A stretch of 37,420 nt of DNA from a virus (Duplodnaviria; Caudoviricetes): positions 1 through 37,420 of IMG/VR virus record IMGVR_UViG_3300032239_000119. One strand, written 5' to 3'. Numbering within the stretch: the stretch's first letter is position 1; each line of letters opens with the position of its first letter. Positions 1-6,586 of this stretch are shown in pieces. The notes under the pieces were generated by a model. The model worked only from the letters and a program-made list of their open reading frames with translations, did not search any database and had not been told where the DNA came from. The position numbers were made by a program, and so were the translations under genes.

Positions 1-11
1 CTATTCTTCAC
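1..11. repeat. Terminal direct repeat CTATTCTTCAC, identical to 37410-37420 (circular assembly overlap)
   Basis: First 11 nt equal last 11 nt; joining the ends gives a continuous reading frame NHAILH-AGDEGSGKDT. Confidence 0.9.
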
Positions 12-863
12 GCAGGTGACGAAGGCTCAGGTAAGGACACATTTTGGGCGCCATTCATTTGGGCCATTTGTGGCGACCATTTGAAGAATCGCGGAATTAT
101 GGATAACAATTCCGTGAACAGTCAATGGGGTTATCAGCTTGAGTCAGAAGTGCTAATCATCAATGAACTTAAAGAACCTGACGCATCTACACGTCGTCAA
201 CTCGCTAACCAACTTAAGCCAATCATCGCAGCCCCACCCGAAATGTTGCCGATCAACCGCAAGGGCTTGCATCCGTACATGATGGCAAACCGCTTGTTTG
301 TGCTTGCGTTTAGTAACGACCCTGTGCCGATCAGTTTAGCTAGCCAAGATAGACGTTGGTTCTGCGTTTGGTCAACTGCACCGCGGATGGAGTCAAACCA
401 GGCAAAGCGAATCTGGGATTGGTACAGATCCGGGGGCTTTGTCGCTATAGCTAAATGGCTCACGTCACGCAATGTGAGCAAGTTCAATCCTAGCGCGCCT
501 CCAATGTGGACAGAGTTCAAAGCGAACTTGGTCGAGCATGGAATGTCTATGGCGGAATCGTTCTTAGTTGAAATGCTCAAAAATAAAACAGGCGAATTTA
601 GTCGCGGGGTTATTGGCTCACCTTTTCATTCTTTGTGCGATCGCTTGGCGGGGCAAGCTCCAAGCGGGGTCAAAGTCCCTCAGGCTGCGCTACTCCATGC
701 GCTTAAAGAGGCGGGTTGGATCGACTGTGGACGCATCAAGTCAAGGGAATTTGACACCAAGAAGCACGTTTTCGCGTGTCCTGATATGGCTGATCTAGGT
801 AAGTCTGAACTGCGTAGGCTAATTGAGGAGAACCCTCCGCCTAAGATGGTTCTAGTCAAGTAA
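3..863 (+). CDS. C-terminal part of primase-helicase (NrS-1/SF3-like P-loop domain), continuing from 35972-37420
   Basis: Frame open from position 3: ILHAGDEGSGKDT Walker A, VLIINE Walker B-like, FSND and DRRW motifs; same frame as listed ORF 81..863. Confidence 0.85.
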   Translation: MLHAGDEGSGKDTFWAPFIWAICGDHLKNRGIMDNNSVNSQWGYQLESEVLIINELKEPDASTRRQLANQLKPIIAAPPEMLPINRKGLHPYMMANRLFVLAFSNDPVPISLASQDRRWFCVWSTAPRMESNQAKRIWDWYRSGGFVAIAKWLTSRNVSKFNPSAPPMWTEFKANLVEHGMSMAESFLVEMLKNKTGEFSRGVIGSPFHSLCDRLAGQAPSGVKVPQAALLHALKEAGWIDCGRIKSREFDTKKHVFACPDMADLGKSELRRLIEENPPPKMVLVK

Positions 864-866
864 AAG

Positions 867-890
867 AAAAGCCCCGTGAAGGGGCTTTTT
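867..890. terminator. Bidirectional rho-independent terminator
   Basis: AAAAGCCCC-GTGAA-GGGGCTTTTT between convergent operons. Confidence 0.85.
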
Positions 891-905
891 AGTGAGTATA
901 AGGAG

Positions 906-965
906 TCAGAGTTCCCACATGAGGATTAGTATCTCTATGACAATCAACGCTAGCAAATAGATCAT
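906..965 (-). CDS. 19-aa hydrophobic peptide MIYLLALIVIEILILMWEL
   Basis: ATGA overlap with the stop of 962..1204; last ORF before the terminator. Confidence 0.45.
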   Translation of the reverse strand: MIYLLALIVIEILILMWEL

Positions 966-1204
966 CTAAGCGCCTCCGCTAGCTTGATGGGGTCTTGGCT
1001 CTCAAAGAACTCTTTGAGCGTGTCTGTGACTGTTGGCGGGGGTTCCTTTTCTAAGCGTGTTTGGAGTTCTTCTAGCTTTATTTTCATTTCAGCATAAAAG
1101 TCTTTTTTATTGTCGTATCCGATGTCCTTATACGTCTGACCATAAGACAGGTCACAGATCTCGAAATAAATTTCGGTCACAAGTTCTTCTATATATTTGT
1201 TCAT
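962..1204 (-). CDS. Early hypothetical protein (80 aa)
   Basis: AAGGA SD; part of a chain of overlapping start/stop codons. Confidence 0.7.
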   Translation of the reverse strand: MNKYIEELVTEIYFEICDLSYGQTYKDIGYDNKKDFYAEMKIKLEELQTRLEKEPPPTVTDTLKEFFESQDPIKLAEALR

Positions 1205-1335
1205 TTGAATATCCTTTTCTCTACTGTTCCGTTAACTTTGCGAGCGAATGTGGTTGCGTTGGCTTTGGTTGTGAATCGTCTACAAGCTAGCGACTCAATT
1301 CCGCTCATATAGGTTGTGTAAGTTACGCTCCACAT
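1201..1335 (-). CDS. Early hypothetical protein (44 aa, MWSVTYTTY...)
   Basis: Read manually; TAATG and ATGA couplings on both sides, GGAGG SD. Confidence 0.6.
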   Translation of the reverse strand: MWSVTYTTYMSGIESLACRRFTTKANATTFARKVNGTVEKRIFK

Positions 1336-1475
1336 TATTTAGTCGCCTCCAAAAAATGAGTTGCAACTCGCCTGAGAATCTCAAGCGCCTCTATATATTC
1401 AATCTCGCCTTCGTCCCATTGTGTATAGATATCGTTTACAGACGCGTGTAGATCGTCTAAGGGGTTGGTGTTCAT
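1335..1475 (-). CDS. Early acidic hypothetical protein (46 aa, MNTNPLDDLH...)
   Basis: Read manually; translationally coupled to neighbours. Confidence 0.6.
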   Translation of the reverse strand: MNTNPLDDLHASVNDIYTQWDEGEIEYIEALEILRRVATHFLEATK

Positions 1476-1693
1476 AGCTCGCTCCGATCTCTGTAGCCTT
1501 GGTTTAGTTTGATCTCTTGCACATAAATATCTATGTTGCTTTCATCTTTCCACCAATTGATAGAAATTTGATATTGTTTGCCGTGCTTTCTAAGGGTTCT
1601 ATGTAGGGCGGTTAAGGCTTGCGCCTCCGTTTCGCCTAGCGCCTCAAAGCTGAATCGACGGCTTTCGCCTACTGCTAAATAAAAGGTTTTCAT
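1472..1693 (-). CDS. Early hypothetical protein (73 aa)
   Basis: ORF track; AGGAG SD; ATGA overlaps. Confidence 0.7.
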   Translation of the reverse strand: MKTFYLAVGESRRFSFEALGETEAQALTALHRTLRKHGKQYQISINWWKDESNIDIYVQEIKLNQGYRDRSEL

Positions 1694-1944
1694 ACGCTTA
1701 CACTCCTGTTTTCTTTCATCATTAGATCGTCAGTTACTTCGGTGAATGTCCAACAATCGCCATCGTGCCAAGTGCCTAGATGACGATCCTTTCGGTCGTA
1801 ATACAAGTGAATAGGCTTATCAGAGCCACAACCCCAAGCCCTCTCAAAGTGTTTTCGATAGCCTAGAGGTTGGTTGGCATTGATGTTGTAGAGCAAAGCC
1901 TCAAAAGCTTTTTTGCTCATGTTTTTGTAGTTGGTTGTAGACAT
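1690..1944 (-). CDS. Early hypothetical protein (84 aa)
   Basis: ORF track; coupled to neighbours. Confidence 0.7.
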   Translation of the reverse strand: MSTTNYKNMSKKAFEALLYNINANQPLGYRKHFERAWGCGSDKPIHLYYDRKDRHLGTWHDGDCWTFTEVTDDLMMKENRSVSV

Positions 1945-2192
1945 TATTTGACCCTCATCATGGCTAAATTGTCGAGGTTGAAAGCGTCGTTAATAGCGCA
2001 ATCTTTGAAATATTCCTCGATATGCTCATAAAAATCAGCGCCATCGAACTCATCAACGTCAAGGTATAGGCTATCCCCATACTTAGCCTTGAGGCTCTCT
2101 ATCGTGTGCAGTTCGACTATCTCGCCATTGTTCCATTCACAAGCGTAGATGCGTTCTTTTATGTCGGATAAATCAAGTGGAAATGTGATCAT
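1944..2192 (-). CDS. Early acidic hypothetical protein (82 aa)
   Basis: ORF track; AGGAGG SD; D/E-rich. Confidence 0.7.
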   Translation of the reverse strand: MITFPLDLSDIKERIYACEWNNGEIVELHTIESLKAKYGDSLYLDVDEFDGADFYEHIEEYFKDCAINDAFNLDNLAMMRVK

Positions 2193-2193
2193 G

Positions 2194-2292
2194 TTAAAAC
2201 CCTCCTAATAAGCCATAAGCAAGAAATGCGCCCAAGATCGCGCCCATGATGCAAGCGCCCAAAACGTCTAAAAATGTGGTCTTTTTATCCAT
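2194..2292 (-). CDS. 32-aa single-TM membrane peptide (MDKKTTFLDVLGACIMGAILGAFLAYGLLGGF)
   Basis: Read manually; fills the gap between two early genes; Gly-patterned hydrophobic helix. Confidence 0.55.
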   Translation of the reverse strand: MDKKTTFLDVLGACIMGAILGAFLAYGLLGGF

Positions 2293-2294
2293 GA

Positions 2295-2612
2295 TTAAAT
2301 CCATTCGTGGCGATATTGTTTAGATGGATTTATGGCGCGCAAGATGTTGTGAACGATATGAAAGCCCATATCCATACCACAACCACGCACAACAATTCCG
2401 TTGTGTTTGCCTTGTTTCATTCCAAGCGCAGTAGATACTAAATAATCCAAATGGATAATTCGACCTGCATCAATCATCTTGACGCTAATTTCACGTTGCA
2501 TTCCTGAGGTAGAAACGTGGCGAATAACTGTGTAAATAGTATCGCTAGGAATATCACGCAAGATTTTGTCCAACTCTAGTCTAGCGGTTTCTTGGTCTTT
2601 TTTAGATGTCAT
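2295..2612 (-). CDS. First early gene, hypothetical (105 aa; RHVSxSGM...GCGMDMGFH)
   Basis: True start probably MTSKK at 2612 with GAAAGG SD; the longer ORF-track start overlaps the promoter. Confidence 0.7.
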   Translation of the reverse strand: MTSKKDQETARLELDKILRDIPSDTIYTVIRHVSTSGMQREISVKMIDAGRIIHLDYLVSTALGMKQGKHNGIVVRGCGMDMGFHIVHNILRAINPSKQYRHEWI

Positions 2613-2673
2613 TTTGTAGTGCCTTTCGTGTAATTTAGTGAACTTTATGGGTCGTGCAACCCCCATAAATAAG

Positions 2674-2702
2674 ATCGTAAAGGATTCTTTTACACAACAC
2701 AA
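2674..2702 (-). promoter_or_regulatory. Putative sigma70 early promoter TTGTGT-17-TACGAT followed by a 5' leader hairpin (2644-2669)
   Basis: Near-consensus boxes with 17-nt spacing, upstream of the early operon. Confidence 0.55.
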
Positions 2703-2733
2703 GCGATATTTGTAAAAAAGATACAAAAAGATT

Positions 2734-3130
2734 TGTGGACAACTTTGGGGGGTTTGTGGATAGCGTGTGGACAATCGCGCCAGGCAGAATGACCCACGCT
2801 TGGAGCCTTTTAAAACCTAGCTTTTGGGTAGTTTGTGGACAATGTGGACAACTATTATTAGTTATTTAATGAAAACCACATATTTATATATGACTCTACG
2901 CGGATGTTACAAGTCAGCGACTTAAAACACCTTGTCCACATTGTCCACCTTGTCCACACTTTTCAAGCTGACACTCTCAGCTTTGGGAAATTCCCCTCAG
3001 TTTGTGGGTCATGTGGACAACCTAAAAAGTAATTGTCCACATTGTCCACAAATAGGAAACAAGCCTCCGCCCCCAAGCCTGTTAGCTATCAACTAAAAAC
3101 AGATTGTCCACATTGTCCACATTGTCCACA
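2734..3130. repeat. Array of TTGTCCACA/TGTGGACAA 9-mers (12 exact copies, ~4 variants); candidate replication origin or terminus region
   Basis: TGTGGACAA at 2734, 2766, 2834, 2843, 3012; TTGTCCACA at 2932, 2950, 3033, 3042, 3104, 3113, 3122; variants at 2755, 2790, 2941, 3003; AT-rich stretch 2852-2892. Confidence 0.9.
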
Positions 3131-3301
3131 CCCATATAGAATAAGGGCTTGCGGTCTGTTGCTACCCGCCAAGCCTTATGCAGCCTAGCCTGGTTACGCA
3201 GCCGAAAATCATTTTCATTTCTAGGCCCCCGGGTAGGTCACGGCGCAATGGTCAAATGTCTACGGAGGGATTGCACAAACTTTTTATTTTTTATTAGAAA
3301 G

Positions 3302-3310
3302 TGATAACAT
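3302..3310 (+). promoter_or_regulatory. Extended -10 promoter (TGaTAACAT), probably giving a leaderless terS mRNA
   Basis: 7 nt upstream of ATG 3318, no SD, T-tract upstream. Confidence 0.45.
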
Positions 3311-3317
3311 CACACTC

Positions 3318-3764
3318 ATGTTTGTATCGTTTCCTTATGAACCTCGTAAGCTGCAAGCTACAGAGTCACGGCTTGAAGCAATCAAGAAAGCCGCCAAGCT
3401 CGGTCTTAAGGGAGATTCGTTGGCGTTAGCGGCGGGGATGCTCCCCACCGAATATCGTCAGTTAGTACAGTTCGACCCCATCGCTGAATGGGCAGAATTA
3501 ACAGGCAGAGCCGAAGGTGAATATGAAGCTAGCGAACTGTTGCATACTGCTGCACAAAACGGTGACTCCCGTGCAGCCCTCGCCATCTTGCAAAACGTCC
3601 ACGGATGGGTTGCCAAACAACAACTATCCATCGACGTTGAACAGCGCATCTCGATCACCGCTGCTCTCGAGCAAGCCCAGAGCCGAGTCATCGACGCCCT
3701 CACCCTTGATAGTGAACCTGAAAGCGTAGAATACAAACCTGTTAAAGAAAAGAAAGCAGCGTAA
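3318..3764 (+). CDS. terS: Terminase small subunit
   Basis: First late gene, HTH-like N-terminus, helical, upstream of TerL. Confidence 0.7.
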   Translation: MFVSFPYEPRKLQATESRLEAIKKAAKLGLKGDSLALAAGMLPTEYRQLVQFDPIAEWAELTGRAEGEYEASELLHTAAQNGDSRAALAILQNVHGWVAKQQLSIDVEQRISITAALEQAQSRVIDALTLDSEPESVEYKPVKEKKAA

Positions 3765-4351
3765 TGGCAAATGCTTTAGCACCCCAACCCGTCAATGCGC
3801 TTGCAACTTTAAATCAAGATGCAAATCCTTACGTTACTTCATTAATGGCAAAAGCGCGTCAAGCGTATCCTTTTATTGATAAGCACAAACCGCAAGTTGT
3901 GGTTGGTACTGATGGACAAGGTTATGCTGAAACATACCCTATCGGCGAAACAGGCGCACCATTACCCGGCGGCGGGTTTTCGCGCCCAGCGTCATTGCCA
4001 ATAGATCAAGTAGGCGTAGAAATCTATCGCCCTGGCGACTTTACGCACCACGATTTAGCTGCCGAAATGTTGCACATAGACCCTGTGGCTAACTCTGTGC
4101 GAGAACAGCTAATGCAAAGCTGGACACCCAAACAACTTAAGGTGCTTAAAGAACACGCGCTAGATTACCAAGCTACGTTAGATGAAGGACGCCCCGAAAC
4201 CGACGCTATTCAAAATGCTACAGATTCTGCGTTGCGCGGCTACACTGTAGGGCAATGGCCTGAAAAGATTAATAAAGCAATTGGTTATGATTCCAAACAG
4301 TTACAAATGCTTGACGCGTTAAAAAGCTACATGACGACGCCAGCCAAATAA
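3764..4351 (+). CDS. Hypothetical protein between terS and terL (N-terminal NALAPQPVNALA motif)
   Basis: TAATG coupled on both sides; 195 aa. Confidence 0.75.
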   Translation: MANALAPQPVNALATLNQDANPYVTSLMAKARQAYPFIDKHKPQVVVGTDGQGYAETYPIGETGAPLPGGGFSRPASLPIDQVGVEIYRPGDFTHHDLAAEMLHIDPVANSVREQLMQSWTPKQLKVLKEHALDYQATLDEGRPETDAIQNATDSALRGYTVGQWPEKINKAIGYDSKQLQMLDALKSYMTTPAK

Positions 4352-5880
4352 TGCAGACTACCCGCTATTCCGCGCAAGATGAACAAGAACTCATGGCGCG
4401 GTTATGGTCGCCAAGCATCAAGGACAACCCGCTAGCGTTTGTGATGTTTGCTTTTCCTTGGGGGCAACAGGGTACACCGCTAGAACACTTTACTGGCCCA
4501 CGCAAGTGGCAGCGCCAGGTCTTGCAAGACTTGGCAGATCATATTAAAACGAACAACGGCAACGTTGACTTTGACGTCCTTAGATTAGCGATTGCCTCTG
4601 GTCGTGGTATTGGTAAGTCGGCGCTAGTTAGCTGGCTAGTCCTGTGGATGATGACAACCCGCATCGGGTCAACGGTCATCGTGTCGGCTAATAGCGAGAG
4701 CCAGCTTCGCAGTGTCACATGGGCTGAGATTACTAAATGGTCGTCGATGGCGATTAATACATACTGGTGGGAGATATCAGCAACCCGCGTGATGCCTGCC
4801 AAGTGGTTGACTGAGCTAGTTGAGCGTGACCTCAAGAAAGGCACCCGCTATTGGAACTTAGAAGGCAGGCTTTGGTCGGCTGAGAATCCTGACTCGTTCG
4901 CTGGTGTGCATAACTATGATGGCGTGATGGTGGTGTTTGATGAGGCGTCAGGTATTGACGACTCCATCTGGGCGGTGACATCAGGCTTCTTCACAGAGAA
5001 CACGCCTAACCGCTTTTGGTGTTGTTTTAGTAATCCACGGCGTAATACGGGCTACTTCTACGAAGCCATCGAAGGTAGCAAGCGTGACTTTTGGCAATCT
5101 AGGCAAGTTGACGCTAGGGATGTAGAAGGCACGGATAAGAACGTCTATAACCAGATCATTGAAGAATATGGCCCTGATTCGTATCAGGCGCACGTGGAAG
5201 TGTACGGCTCCTTCCCATCGGAAGGCGACGATCAGTTCATATCGTCAACCTTGGTCGATGACGCAATGAAGCGCCCTAAGCACCAGGACGACTCCGCGCC
5301 CATCGTGATTGGCGTTGACCCAGCAAGGTTTGGTTCGGACTCTACTGTTATTGCAGTGCGTCAAGGACGGGACATCATAGAGATTCGCCGCTTCAAAGGT
5401 GATGACACCATGACTGTCGTTGGTCATGTGATTGAAGCGATAGATCAGTATCAGCCTGCGGTTGTGGCAATCGACGAAGGCGGTCTTGGCGCTGGCGTGG
5501 TTGATAGACTCAAAGAACAACGCTATAAGATCAGGGGGGTTAACTTTGGGAATAAGTCTAAGAACCCCATGATGTATGGCAACATGAGAGCGCAGATTTG
5601 GGGACAAATGAAGGATTGGCTTAAGACTGCCTCGGTATCTAAAGACAAGATGCTTAAGACTGATCTCATCTCCCCGTTAATGAAGCCTGACTCTAAGGGC
5701 GCTATTTACTTGGAATCCAAGAAGGATATGAAAGCGCGTGGTTTGTCTAGCCCAGACAGCGCAGATGCCATCGCATTAACTTTTGCGTTTCCTGTTGCAA
5801 ACCGTGAAAGTCGTACTACAATCCGTAAACAAACGTATCAGTCGCAAAGCGCAGCCCTTAATTCATGGATGGGGAGCTAA
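4351..5880 (+). CDS. terL: Terminase large subunit
   Basis: Walker A SGRGIGKS, Walker B VVFDEASG, SNP motif, RNase H-like IGVDPARFGSD and SPDSADA. Confidence 0.95.
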   Translation: MQTTRYSAQDEQELMARLWSPSIKDNPLAFVMFAFPWGQQGTPLEHFTGPRKWQRQVLQDLADHIKTNNGNVDFDVLRLAIASGRGIGKSALVSWLVLWMMTTRIGSTVIVSANSESQLRSVTWAEITKWSSMAINTYWWEISATRVMPAKWLTELVERDLKKGTRYWNLEGRLWSAENPDSFAGVHNYDGVMVVFDEASGIDDSIWAVTSGFFTENTPNRFWCCFSNPRRNTGYFYEAIEGSKRDFWQSRQVDARDVEGTDKNVYNQIIEEYGPDSYQAHVEVYGSFPSEGDDQFISSTLVDDAMKRPKHQDDSAPIVIGVDPARFGSDSTVIAVRQGRDIIEIRRFKGDDTMTVVGHVIEAIDQYQPAVVAIDEGGLGAGVVDRLKEQRYKIRGVNFGNKSKNPMMYGNMRAQIWGQMKDWLKTASVSKDKMLKTDLISPLMKPDSKGAIYLESKKDMKARGLSSPDSADAIALTFAFPVANRESRTTIRKQTYQSQSAALNSWMGS

Positions 5881-5881
5881 T

Positions 5882-6109
5882 ATGTGGAAAACTGTTTTAG
5901 AACTTTTTAACTTCGGCCGTAAAAAGCCTAAACCCAAGGAGCAATCATGCCTCTCAAAAAAAGTACCAGCAAAGAAGCCTTCAAGTCGAACATTCGCGCA
6001 GAAGTCAAAGCCGGTAAACCCATCAAGCAAAGCGTTGCCATCGCCTACAGCGAAAAAGCCCAAGCCGCTAAAGGCAAAACCAAAAGCAAAGGAAAAAAAT
6101 AATGGCTAA
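5882..6109 (+). CDS. Possible Lys/Pro-rich basic protein (75 aa) overlapping 5947..6102 in another frame
   Basis: GGGGAG SD and ATG immediately after the terL stop. Confidence 0.35.
   Translation: MWKTVLELFNFGRKKPKPKEQSCLSKKVPAKKPSSRTFAQKSKPVNPSSKALPSPTAKKPKPLKAKPKAKEKNNG
5947..6102 (+). CDS. Small Lys-rich basic protein (51 aa, MPLKKSTSKEAFKSNIRAEVKAGKP...AIAYS)
   Basis: Read manually; AAGGAG SD; TAATG coupling to the next gene; motif common in phage head modules. Confidence 0.75.
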   Translation: MPLKKSTSKEAFKSNIRAEVKAGKPIKQSVAIAYSEKAQAAKGKTKSKGKK

Positions 6110-6311
6110 GTTACCTACTAAAACCCGTAATTCTTTGGCTAAGTCCGAATTCGGTATGCCAGGCGAACGTAAGTATCCAATGCCTGACCGCGCCCATGCA
6201 GCAAATGCTAAAGCCCGTGCAAGCCAAGAAGTTAAAGCAGGTAAACTGTCGCCATCAAGTAAATCCAAAATTGATGCTAAAGCAAACAAAATTCTAGCAA
6301 AGAAAAAATGA
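6102..6311 (+). CDS. Small basic protein (YPMPDRAHAANAKAR; DUF6582-like)
   Basis: ORF track; motif recognised from memory. Confidence 0.7.
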   Translation: MAKLPTKTRNSLAKSEFGMPGERKYPMPDRAHAANAKARASQEVKAGKLSPSSKSKIDAKANKILAKKK

Positions 6312-6586
6312 GCTTAAAGCCTCTTAGTAATTGCGTATTGATTCGTCAAGATATAGAAAAGTTATCTGAATTAATAGTTTTACCCCAAAATAAGTTATTT
6401 AGCGGTATTATTGTGGCAATTGGTGAAGGCAAAAAAAATCTAAAAGGATTTATTGAGCCGATGAACGTCAAAGAGGGCGACCACGTGCTATTCGGAGAAC
6501 ATTCGGGGCAGCGAGTCACTATTGATGGCGAAGAACTATTGATAATGCGCGAGCCTGATTTGATTGGAATACTAAATGGCGTATGA
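6308..6586 (+). CDS. groES: Co-chaperonin GroES/Cpn10 homolog
   Basis: LKPL..VLI, IVL, GIIVAIGEG, VKEGDHVLF, IDGEELLIMRE.DLIGIL. Confidence 0.9.
   Translation: MSLKPLSNCVLIRQDIEKLSELIVLPQNKLFSGIIVAIGEGKKNLKGFIEPMNVKEGDHVLFGEHSGQRVTIDGEELLIMREPDLIGILNGV

Noticed and set aside
81-863. Independent 260-aa gene starting at TTG 81
   Set aside because: The frame is open upstream and continues across the circular junction
2613-2774. N-terminal extension of ORF 2295..2774
   Set aside because: Overlaps the promoter and repeat array; a good SD precedes the ATG at 2612
2734-3130. CRISPR array
   Set aside because: Repeats are only 9 bp, in both orientations, and lack regular unique spacers
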